Virus record (IMG/VR): IMGVR_UViG_3300016667_000581
Span: 1 to 60,553 of that record
Reading direction: 5' to 3' (one strand)
Source of the DNA: a virus
Lineage: Duplodnaviria; Caudoviricetes
DNA: 60,553 nucleotides
Shown here in pieces: positions 50,174-58,558 of the stretch. A program made the position numbers and the translations under genes. Each line of letters begins with the position of its first letter. Positions within the stretch are counted from its first letter, which is position 1. Under the pieces are notes generated by a model. That model was not told the origin of the DNA. It saw nothing but the letters and a program-made list of their open reading frames with translations, and did no database searches.

Positions 50174-51337
50174 GTGTATCTTTACAAATTCAAAGAAACA
50201 GACTTATTTGTAAACCAGATAGAGGCTCAAATAAAACAAGAGTTCTTTATCCACAACACACACGTTTATTATAATAAGAAAGGGTTACAGTCAGGTTCCT
50301 TCGCCGCAAGTGTGGTTGGGCCTACTGGAACCCTTTCGTTGTTTGAGGAAAATGTAGATAGAAATGCTACAACTGGTCTTATTTATCCTTACACAGTAAA
50401 GACAGACCAAGCCGTTGCTTTCCGCGAAACCAGCGACACTCAATTCGCTACTGCCTATGGTGTAGGACAAGTTATTACAGGAACTTATCCAATAACTTCT
50501 TCCATCACTCGCCAGTTCTTTGCTGCGAATAGTGATAGACCAAGAATAAGTGCTTTGAGAAACACTTTGGACTTTTATAAGGTAAAGTCAAGACATTACA
50601 TTTACAACTCTACTCTTGGAAATAAAAGCACACAAGAGATAAACCTTATCTCCATTCCAAATATTTTCTATGGCTCAAAACTAAAGAAGAGGAGCCTTAG
50701 CCTAAAATTCTTCGTAACTGGAACTCTAATAGGAGAACTACAAGATGTCAGAGGAAATGGAGAAATGGTTCAAGTCGGGCCTTCTGGTTCTGGTGGTTCT
50801 GGTTCCGTTGCTGGGGTGGCTCTCTATGATGAAGGATTTATTCTTCTTACTGGTTCTTGGGACATCGCAGGTTATGCCCTAGACTACCCAGACGCTTCAC
50901 CAAGCGCAGACCAACCAAAGTGGATTTATTTTGGTTCAGGAATGAACGACGGAACTGCTGTTGGGGCCGAGGTTTCCTCCAGTTATAGCGTTGAGTTTGA
51001 AGCAATAAATTACGTTCCTTCGGTCACTATGCTTTGCGCTGCTCCACTTGGCGAGTTAGATTTTAGTAATAACCCAACTTATCTACAATATACACAAAGG
51101 CAAAACCGTTCTGCTTCTGTGTCGGATACAAGGTTTATAGAACACACTTTAGACATAAAGAATACTATCTCTTCTTCTTATCTTACACAAACTGCCAGTT
51201 TTGAGAAGCAAACATTCATCACAAAAATCGCCATTTATGACGAAAATGAAAACATTATTGGCATCGCAAAACTCGCAAAACCAGTTAGAAAAACATTAGA
51301 TAGAGAATACACTTTCAAACTGAAAATGGACTTCTGA
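50174..51337 (+). CDS. Tail/baseplate structural protein (paralog of 49051)
   Basis: C-terminal MLCAA...LDFSNNPTY...FITKIAIYD...IIGIAKLAKPVRK...FKLKMDF. GTG start. Confidence 0.7.
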   Translation: MYLYKFKETDLFVNQIEAQIKQEFFIHNTHVYYNKKGLQSGSFAASVVGPTGTLSLFEENVDRNATTGLIYPYTVKTDQAVAFRETSDTQFATAYGVGQVITGTYPITSSITRQFFAANSDRPRISALRNTLDFYKVKSRHYIYNSTLGNKSTQEINLISIPNIFYGSKLKKRSLSLKFFVTGTLIGELQDVRGNGEMVQVGPSGSGGSGSVAGVALYDEGFILLTGSWDIAGYALDYPDASPSADQPKWIYFGSGMNDGTAVGAEVSSSYSVEFEAINYVPSVTMLCAAPLGELDFSNNPTYLQYTQRQNRSASVSDTRFIEHTLDIKNTISSSYLTQTASFEKQTFITKIAIYDENENIIGIAKLAKPVRKTLDREYTFKLKMDF

Positions 51338-51870
51338 TGATCCTCGGTTTAGATATCTCAACAAGCATAACCGGCTACACAGTAATAGATGAAAATGGAA
51401 GAATTGTTCTAAACGAAGCTTGGAACTTTACAAACAAGAACAAGTTTGAATCTATCTTCCAGAAAGCCGCTTATGTAAAGAAGCAAATAACAGAATTGAG
51501 CCAAAAGCATCAGATCAAGAAAGTTTATATTGAGAAGTCGCTACAGTCATTTAGCACGGGTTTTTCATCTGCTAAAACTTTGTCAACGCTGGCTTCATTC
51601 AACGGTGTAGTTAGCTGGATTTGTTTTGAGGTTTTCGGACACGAACCTCAATATATCGCAGCTACATCGGCCAGAAAGACCTGTGGAATCAAAATAGAAA
51701 AAGGCGTAAAAGCAAAAGAGGTTGTGCTGAAGCATTTGATAGACAACGAGCCGTCGTTCGTGTTATGCTTAACGAGAACAGGTTCAGTCAAGCCAGAATC
51801 TTACGACAAGGCTGACTCCATCATTATTGCTAAAGCAGGTTTCTTATGCGAACAAAACTCCAAATCCTAA
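51337..51870 (+). CDS. RuvC-like Holliday junction resolvase
   Basis: ILGLDIS...TG, VYIE and DKADS catalytic acidic motifs. Confidence 0.85.
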   Translation: MILGLDISTSITGYTVIDENGRIVLNEAWNFTNKNKFESIFQKAAYVKKQITELSQKHQIKKVYIEKSLQSFSTGFSSAKTLSTLASFNGVVSWICFEVFGHEPQYIAATSARKTCGIKIEKGVKAKEVVLKHLIDNEPSFVLCLTRTGSVKPESYDKADSIIIAKAGFLCEQNSKS

Positions 51871-52772
51871 CCGATGTTCTTGGAACTCCACGACGTTCCA
51901 GCCAAGAATATCTTTTCAAATGTCCTTTCTGTAAGCACCACAAGCACAAATTAAGCGTCAACATTGAGAAAGGCGTCTATAAGTGTTGGATCTGTGATTC
52001 GGTCGGCAAGCAACTTGGTCGCATCGTGCGTCAGTTCGGTTCATTTGAAGCAAGGCAAGAATGGGCGCATTACGATAACGATGTTGATCTATCCAAGTTT
52101 GAAGAACTATTCTTGGAAACAAAGCCCCAACTTGAAACTATCATCAAACTTCCAGAGGAGTTTGAATCGCTTGCGAACAGAAACCTTATTGAAGGCTCTG
52201 AAAAGCCTCTACGCTACCTTTATGAGCGAGGTTTGACCCGTGCCGACATTCTGCGCTGGAAGATAGGCTGGTGCCCTTCTGGACCCTATTACGACCGCAT
52301 TATCATTCCTTCTTTCAACAACGATGGATGGGTGAACTACTTTATCTCTCGTTCGTTCACAAACGCATTTCCAAAGTACAAAAACCCACAAGCCTCAAAG
52401 AACATTATTTTCAACGAACTTTCTATTGACTGGACTCAACCAATAACAATTGTTGAAGGCGTGTTTGACGCTATCAAAGCCGAAAACGCTGTGCCTTTGC
52501 TTGGTTCCACAATGACCGAGAACTCAAAGTTGCTGAAAGAAATAATCAATAGAAACTCTACGGTTTATCTTGCTCTTGACGGTGATGCCAAAGAGAAAGA
52601 AATGGATATTCTTGAAATGCTTTTGTCCTATGGAAACCAAGTTTATCTTGTTGATACAGACGGATTCAAGGACGTTGGCGAAATGACGAAGCAAGACTTT
52701 TTGGAACGCAAAAAGGAAGCCTCTTTTATTGATCAATCAAACTATTTACTTACGAAAATGTTTAGTTTCTAA
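51846..52772 (+). CDS. DNA primase (zinc finger plus TOPRIM)
   Basis: CPFC..H...C..C, YLYERG, RIIIP, KYKNP, VEGVFDAI, LALDGD and DVGEM. Confidence 0.92.
   Translation: MRTKLQILTDVLGTPRRSSQEYLFKCPFCKHHKHKLSVNIEKGVYKCWICDSVGKQLGRIVRQFGSFEARQEWAHYDNDVDLSKFEELFLETKPQLETIIKLPEEFESLANRNLIEGSEKPLRYLYERGLTRADILRWKIGWCPSGPYYDRIIIPSFNNDGWVNYFISRSFTNAFPKYKNPQASKNIIFNELSIDWTQPITIVEGVFDAIKAENAVPLLGSTMTENSKLLKEIINRNSTVYLALDGDAKEKEMDILEMLLSYGNQVYLVDTDGFKDVGEMTKQDFLERKKEASFIDQSNYLLTKMFSF
52742..52749 (+). promoter_or_regulatory. Putative late promoter CTATTTAC
   Basis: In the primase 3' end, 46 nt before ATG 52788. Confidence 0.6.
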
Positions 52773-52778
52773 ACTAAA
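52761..52778. repeat. Perfect inverted repeat TTTAGTTT-CT-AAACTAAA
   Basis: Abuts RBS GAGG(T) of 52788; same GTTTCTAAAC core as 1448-1457. Confidence 0.6.
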
Positions 52779-52787
52779 GAGGTAAAT

Positions 52788-53210
52788 ATGAAAATAACTG
52801 AATCCCGTTTAAGAGAATTGGTAATTGAAGCTCTTGGTCCAACTATGGAAGAAATTATGAAAGAGATGGGTATGGAAGACACCGGAACTAACTATCACGG
52901 TGAAAAACTTCCTCCACCTGATATGCTTGGAGATCCAGATTACGAAGGTGAAATGGCCCGTGTGGAACTTCATAGAGCCTCCAAGTACGCTTGCGAACTT
53001 ACAGATATGTTGAAGAATACTGACCAACTCCCAGCCTGGATTCAATCAAAAATCTCAAAAGCCTCTGATTATTTGACAGTCGCCAGAAATTATCTCGTTG
53101 ATCGTATTGAGATAAATAAACGTGATGGTAATAAGCACGGTAAACACCACGATAAGTCAGTAGAAACTGGTGATATTGAAATTCATATTGACGATATGGA
53201 CGAGGAATGA
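52788..53210 (+). CDS. Putative internal head protein
   Basis: N-terminal [16 protein letters not shown] leader and helical domain DYEGEMAR...[16 protein letters not shown]; downstream of a late motif. Confidence 0.55.
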   Translation: MKITESRLRELVIEALGPTMEEIMKEMGMEDTGTNYHGEKLPPPDMLGDPDYEGEMARVELHRASKYACELTDMLKNTDQLPAWIQSKISKASDYLTVARNYLVDRIEINKRDGNKHGKHHDKSVETGDIEIHIDDMDEE

Positions 53211-53214
53211 GAAG

Positions 53215-53469
53215 ATGTTTATTGATCCAAAATTACTTGAAGAAATAATCAGAGAAGAACTTGAAGTTGTTCTTATTGAAAGAATCAAGAAAGTAAAAGG
53301 AGGATACAAAGTTTTCTCTAAACGTGGAAATAAACCCTTATCCAAGAAACCCAAGTCCAGAAAAGCGGCACAAGCCCAATTAGCTGCTGTTGAGATTAGC
53401 AAAGCAAAAAGAAAGAAAATGGAAGAACAAGCTTCTCCAATCACGACTACTCTAACTCCAGTCCAGTAG
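53215..53469 (+). CDS. Small basic putative internal head/DNA-binding protein
   Basis: Likely start ATG 53215 (RBS GAGGA). [10 protein letters not shown] leader followed by K-rich [13 protein letters not shown]...[10 protein letters not shown]. Confidence 0.6.
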   Translation: MFIDPKLLEEIIREELEVVLIERIKKVKGGYKVFSKRGNKPLSKKPKSRKAAQAQLAAVEISKAKRKKMEEQASPITTTLTPVQ

Positions 53470-53592
53470 CAGACCAAAAAGTTTATTGAAATGCTTTCTA
53501 ATAACTTCGTCCAACAAAGCTAGTTTAAACCAAGCAGAGATTAATCTAGCTATTAAGGATCTTCACTCACAAGTAACTTCTATCAAAGCTCC

Positions 53593-53621
53593 TTGACCTC
53601 CTTAACTCCGTGTGCTATATT
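53593..53621 (+). promoter_or_regulatory. Sigma70-type promoter for the recombination nuclease gene
   Basis: TTGACC(53593-53598)-17 nt-TATATT(53616-53621) with TGn extension; RBS GGAG before GTG 53644. Confidence 0.7.
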
Positions 53622-53643
53622 TAGAACCTAAACCGGAGAACCT

Positions 53644-56600
53644 GTGAGCATTCGTATCGCCCACATTTCGGACACGCACATCCGAAATTATAAATACCAT
53701 TATGAATACCGAGCGGCATTCCAAGACCTTTATGAGAAGTTGAAGAGCAATAAGGTAGATGTTATCGTCCATTGCGGGGATATCGCTCACACAAAGACCC
53801 AACTCTCACCAGAGTTTTTTGATTTGGCTTCGGACTTTCTAACGAACCTCGCCAACATCGCACCGACTTATGTTATTCTCGGCAACCACGACGGGAACCT
53901 GAAGAACTCTAACCGTCAAGACGCCATTACGCCAATAGTCCAGGCTCTAACCAACCCTAACCTTCATCTGTTAAAGAACTCGGGTGAGGTGGTTCATAAC
54001 GAACTACTTACATTCAACGTCTTGTCGGTCTTTGATGAAGAACGCTGGACTAAACCATCCGATCCCTCCAAGATCAACATTGCTCTTTATCACGGAGCAG
54101 TTGCCGGTGTAAAGACCGACATTGGTTGGACGATGCAAGAGGGCGACCATGATATTAGTGTTTTTTCTGATCACGACTATGCTTTTCTTGGCGATATTCA
54201 CAAAACCAACCAAATTTTAGATCAAGATGGTCGCGTTCGTTATCCAGGTTCTACTATTCAGCAGAATTTCGGGGAAACAAACGACAAGGGTTTTTTGCTT
54301 TGGGACATTCGCGGCAAAGATGACTTTGACTGCGAACACATCCAAATTCACAACCCAAGACCATTTATTACTATTCCACTTGACGCCAAGGGACAACTAC
54401 CAAAGAAACTTGATGTTCCTGACGGCGCAAGGGTTAGAATTTCTTGCACCTCAAATTTGACCGTTCAACAAATGCATCGTGCAGTTGACCTGGTAAAGCA
54501 CAAGTTCAAACCAGAAACAGTCACGTTCCTTTCTCGCGCTGATAACCCGCAACGGCTTCAAGAAGCAAGTGTCTCTAACATTACAAAGGAGAACTTGCGT
54601 GATCCAGTTGTTTTGGAGAGGTTTATTCGCGAGTACTTGAAGGACTTTGAGTGTAGCGAAGACATTATCCAGAAGGTTCTAACTCTAAACAAAAAGTACT
54701 CTACTATCGTAGAGGAAACCGAAGAAGTTTCTCGCAACATCAACTGGGCTATTCATTCGTTAGAATGGAACAACCTATTCAACTATGGCGAGGAAAATAA
54801 AATCAACTTTGCTGATCTATCCGGCATTGTTGGAATTTTTGGTAAGAACTTTTCTGGTAAGTCCAGCATTATTGATTCGTTGCTTTTCACCATCTTCAAC
54901 ACAACCTCAAAGAACGAAAGAAAGAACATCAACGTTATCAACCAACAAAGAAACGCTGCTTCTGCTGTTGCTCGCATTGCTATCAACACCGACATTTACA
55001 CTATTGAACGTAGTCTTATCAGACACAAGAAAAAGGTAAAGGGCGAAACCGTTGAAGAAGCAAAGACAGATCTGAATTTCTACAAAGAATGCACGGTTTC
55101 TAATGTCCGAGAAAGCCTGAACGGTCTTTCCCGCGTTGAGACAGACCACAACATTCGTCGTGTTTTCGGCACTATTGATGACTTCCTGAATACTTCTATG
55201 TCCAGCCAACTTGACGGACTTTCATTTGTTCGTGAAGGAAGCACCCGACGTAAAGAGATCATCGCCAAGTTCCTTGACTTGGAAATTTTTGAGATGAAAT
55301 TCAAGCTTGCGAAGGAAGATAGTGCCGATCTAAAAGGTGCCCTCCGTCGTTTGGAAGGTCGCAATTTCGATCAAGAGATCGAAACCGCAAGAGAAGAACT
55401 AACCGAAAGCGAAAAGTTGTTGTCCGAAGCCACTTCTCGTTGTAAGAGTCTAGAAGAACAGATCGAGCAGATCGAAGAAGAAATGAGAGAACTGGAAAGC
55501 AAGATCAATTCTTCCTCCACAGAGGTTATTGATGGAGCAGAACTACGCAACCTTATTTCCAGTAAGTCATTACGACACCTTACAACATTGGGTCAAATAG
55601 AAGAAAACCAAAAGCAACTAACAGAAAAGAAAGCCCTTCTACAAAAAGTAGATTCTTTCTTGGAGGTCTTTGACTACAAGGCATTAGTTCTTCGTAAGAG
55701 CAGCGTTGATTCTTTGCGAACCGAGATTGCTTCTTTGGAAAGAGAAATCAAACTCGCCAGCAGTAAGTCAACCTTGCTTGAAGGCATCCCTTGCGGAACT
55801 CAATTCCCAAAGTGTAAGTTTATCCGAGATGCGACAGAAACTATTGAAACCATTGAAGGCAAGAAACAAAACCTCAATAGTTTGTCCGACAAACTCACAG
55901 AGCATAAACCGGACTCTATTGCTGGCGACTTGGAAAAGTACAATTCAATTGTTTCCAAGAAAGAAGAACTAACCAGAGAAATCAAAGACATAGAATTTTG
56001 GATTGAACGTGGAACTTTTGAATCAGACAAGCTTCAAACAGAAATAGAAGCACTACAAGAGAAACAAGAACTCTACGAACAAACAAAAGAACAAATAAAG
56101 AACACTCAAGGTCTAATGCTTGCTTTGAATAAACTAAAAGCCAAGAGGGCAGACCTTCGCGACGTTCAGCAAGACTGCGCTGGTAAGTTGGTTATTTACA
56201 ACCGCAAGATAGGTTCAGCAGAACAAAAGTTGGAGATGCTTACCTCTCAACAAGAAGAACTAAACGCTCTCCGCGCAGAGTTTTCTGCTTATGAATTGTT
56301 TATGCGTTGTATGCATTCAAACGGAATTGCTTACGACATTATCAAGAGACAACTGCCTATTATCAACGAAGAAATAACCAAAATTCTTTCCAACCTAACC
56401 GAGTTCAATGTTTTCTTTGAAGAGGACGGAGATAAGTTAGAAATTCAAATAAAGCACGTTGACCAAGACCCTCGGCCATTATCTATGGCTTCTGGTGCTG
56501 AAAAGACAATGGCCGCTATGGCTATTCGCTTGGCTCTTCTCCAAGTTTCTAACCTTCCAAAGTCGGACATTATGATTCTTGACGAACCAGGAACCGCACT

Positions 56601-56760
56601 TGATGAAAACCACCTTCAGACCTTCACACAACTATTAGACATTCTAAAAAGTCAATTCAAGACCATTCTTGTTATTTCCCACTTGGATAGTCTAAAAGAT
56701 GTTGTTGACACAACAATAGACATTGATAATAAAGAAGGTTTCGCTTTCGTCAGTCAATAA
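53644..56760 (+). CDS. Fused Mre11/SbcD nuclease and Rad50/SbcC ATPase (T4 gp47-gp46 fusion)
   Basis: Phosphoesterase DTH, GD, GNHD, HG, GDIH, YPGS. Walker A GKNFSGKSS, Q-loop SQ, coiled coil, signature ASGAE, Walker B ILDE and ISH. Confidence 0.93.
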   Translation: MSIRIAHISDTHIRNYKYHYEYRAAFQDLYEKLKSNKVDVIVHCGDIAHTKTQLSPEFFDLASDFLTNLANIAPTYVILGNHDGNLKNSNRQDAITPIVQALTNPNLHLLKNSGEVVHNELLTFNVLSVFDEERWTKPSDPSKINIALYHGAVAGVKTDIGWTMQEGDHDISVFSDHDYAFLGDIHKTNQILDQDGRVRYPGSTIQQNFGETNDKGFLLWDIRGKDDFDCEHIQIHNPRPFITIPLDAKGQLPKKLDVPDGARVRISCTSNLTVQQMHRAVDLVKHKFKPETVTFLSRADNPQRLQEASVSNITKENLRDPVVLERFIREYLKDFECSEDIIQKVLTLNKKYSTIVEETEEVSRNINWAIHSLEWNNLFNYGEENKINFADLSGIVGIFGKNFSGKSSIIDSLLFTIFNTTSKNERKNINVINQQRNAASAVARIAINTDIYTIERSLIRHKKKVKGETVEEAKTDLNFYKECTVSNVRESLNGLSRVETDHNIRRVFGTIDDFLNTSMSSQLDGLSFVREGSTRRKEIIAKFLDLEIFEMKFKLAKEDSADLKGALRRLEGRNFDQEIETAREELTESEKLLSEATSRCKSLEEQIEQIEEEMRELESKINSSSTEVIDGAELRNLISSKSLRHLTTLGQIEENQKQLTEKKALLQKVDSFLEVFDYKALVLRKSSVDSLRTEIASLEREIKLASSKSTLLEGIPCGTQFPKCKFIRDATETIETIEGKKQNLNSLSDKLTEHKPDSIAGDLEKYNSIVSKKEELTREIKDIEFWIERGTFESDKLQTEIEALQEKQELYEQTKEQIKNTQGLMLALNKLKAKRADLRDVQQDCAGKLVIYNRKIGSAEQKLEMLTSQQEELNALRAEFSAYELFMRCMHSNGIAYDIIKRQLPIINEEITKILSNLTEFNVFFEEDGDKLEIQIKHVDQDPRPLSMASGAEKTMAAMAIRLALLQVSNLPKSDIMILDEPGTALDENHLQTFTQLLDILKSQFKTILVISHLDSLKDVVDTTIDIDNKEGFAFVSQ

Positions 56761-56761
56761 A

Positions 56762-56769
56762 CTATTTAC
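56762..56769 (+). promoter_or_regulatory. Putative late promoter CTATTTAC
   Basis: Fills most of the 12-nt gap between the nuclease stop and ATG 56773. Confidence 0.65.
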
Positions 56770-56772
56770 GTT

Positions 56773-57198
56773 ATGATGCTACTAATAGAAATAATCAAAA
56801 GTTTTGCTTTTAGCGTAAACCTTTCCTCCGCTTTCTCCTTTGTAAAGAAATATTGGCGTGAACTCCTTATCTTGGGTCTTTTGGTAGGTTTCTGGTTTTA
56901 TTCAGCAACCCAAAAAAGCCAAATGGCCCAAGTTTATGAAGACTTGGTAGAAGCCCAACAAGCCGAACTGAAACAAATAGAAAAGATAAACAAAGAAGAA
57001 ATAGCAAAGAGAGAAGAAACTATTGCTAAATTCCAAAAGCAACTTGACGAAGAATTCGCAAGACACCAAAAAGAAATTGATGTCTTGAAGAAGCAAAAGT
57101 CTAAAAGAGTTGATGAGGTAATAAAAGACAGAAACCAGAAGCCAGAGAAAGTAGCAGACGCAATAATAAACATTTACGGATTTGAATATGTTGAATAA
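56773..57198 (+). CDS. TM plus coiled-coil protein, i-spanin-like
   Basis: LLILGLLVGFWFYSA transmembrane helix followed by a long charged coiled coil. Confidence 0.55.
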   Translation: MMLLIEIIKSFAFSVNLSSAFSFVKKYWRELLILGLLVGFWFYSATQKSQMAQVYEDLVEAQQAELKQIEKINKEEIAKREETIAKFQKQLDEEFARHQKEIDVLKKQKSKRVDEVIKDRNQKPEKVADAIINIYGFEYVE

Positions 57199-57628
57199 AG
57201 CATTCCTTTTACTTGCCCTTCTAATTCCAACCAACTCTTATGCTGGTGAAGGAAAATTTACATTTGTCCCACAAGGCGGCGTTGTTCCGTTCCAAGCAAC
57301 TTGCTTTGATGACTTCGCAACCGCCACCATTATCACAGAGAGAGAAAGCAAAGAACGTGAATTCAAAATCGAAATTGATAATGTTATAAACGTAGCCAAA
57401 ATTGAATGCGACCAAAGAGTAGAACTTCAGGAGATAATGGCTAAAGCACAAGAGCAACGACTAACTGTTGCTATTGAGAGCAAAGACAAACAGATCACAG
57501 AACTAACCCAAAGGCTCTCAAAGTTAGAAAAAAGAAACATTCCTCTTTTCGTTGTTGCCGGTGTAGTTGCTGGTGTCATTATTGGAGGCGGCATTACATT
57601 TACTATCGCTACAGCAGTAGGAAACTGA
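57188..57628 (+). CDS. Secreted coiled-coil protein with C-terminal TM (spanin-partner-like)
   Basis: Signal peptide MLNKAFLLLALLIPTNSYA, two Cys, coiled coil, and C-terminal LFVVAGVVAGVIIGGGITFTIA. Start probably ATG 57188. Confidence 0.55.
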   Translation: MLNKAFLLLALLIPTNSYAGEGKFTFVPQGGVVPFQATCFDDFATATIITERESKEREFKIEIDNVINVAKIECDQRVELQEIMAKAQEQRLTVAIESKDKQITELTQRLSKLEKRNIPLFVVAGVVAGVIIGGGITFTIATAVGN

Positions 57629-57630
57629 TA

Positions 57631-58035
57631 ATGGAAAAGCCAAAATTAGACTGGAACGACATCGCTCGTTATGAACAAGCAATAGGCAAGAAGTACGGCC
57701 AAGAAGCAGTAGATAACATTAGAGGCTACTGGAACGACCAGAAAGAAGAAACCTATCTACAACAACTCAAAGCCCTAAAGCAAAAAGACCTTGACACTTG
57801 GGACAAAGAGCGAAAAGTAGAGAGTAATGGGTTTTTTATTACAGAAAAACTACTTACTAGAGAAACTTCCTATGTTCCTTGTCCCGTTTGTTCCAAAGCA
57901 GAGAACAACGCAAAAGATGACTTCTGTTTGAAGAAATTTGAGTGTTGTTTTGACTGCTACATTCAATGGGTAGAAGATAGAGAAGAAAGATGGAAAACAG
58001 GCTGGAGGCCCAATAAAAATGGCAACAATTCTTGA
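57631..58035 (+). CDS. Hypothetical protein with C-terminal Zn finger
   Basis: CPVC...CCFDC, followed by WVEDREERWKTGWRP. Confidence 0.7.
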   Translation: MEKPKLDWNDIARYEQAIGKKYGQEAVDNIRGYWNDQKEETYLQQLKALKQKDLDTWDKERKVESNGFFITEKLLTRETSYVPCPVCSKAENNAKDDFCLKKFECCFDCYIQWVEDREERWKTGWRPNKNGNNS

Positions 58036-58558
58036 AGTAGTGCAAGCAATCTCACAAATCGTTGGTGAAATGGGCTATGACGGTGCAAAGACCCGAAGCG
58101 GTGAGCCAGTCAAGATCGGCCTAAGAAGAGAAGAAGGAAACCCTCTTCTTGATAAAAGAGTAATGGATGGTTTCGGTGTAAAATTCGCTGGCGACCAATT
58201 GATCGTCACTTACCACTCCGAAATAATGCTAAACGAAATTTACAAGGGAAACCTTGAGTCTGAAGTTGAGCAACGCATCCAAGAAGTCGTGAACTTTATC
58301 AAGAAAGAATACAAGGGAACAGCAAAGGCAAAAGGTTCTTTGACCCTCACTCCTATCGGAGAGGTGAAGGTTCGTGCTGAAAACTCTTCTCGCGTCCGCT
58401 ACTGGGTCACAGCACACAGAGCCTACCAGATCAAGGCCGAAGGTGTCGATCCCGTAAAGGCAGAGTCAAAAGATTCAGTTGAAGCCAAGTTCAAGCAATT
58501 TATTGAACTCGGTGGTCTTGGCGGGAAGAGGCCACAAAACGACACAAGAAAGGTCTGA
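58019..58558 (+). CDS. Hypothetical (likely late) protein
   Basis: 179 aa, TGATG-coupled to terL. Confidence 0.7.
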   Translation: MATILEVVQAISQIVGEMGYDGAKTRSGEPVKIGLRREEGNPLLDKRVMDGFGVKFAGDQLIVTYHSEIMLNEIYKGNLESEVEQRIQEVVNFIKKEYKGTAKAKGSLTLTPIGEVKVRAENSSRVRYWVTAHRAYQIKAEGVDPVKAESKDSVEAKFKQFIELGGLGGKRPQNDTRKV

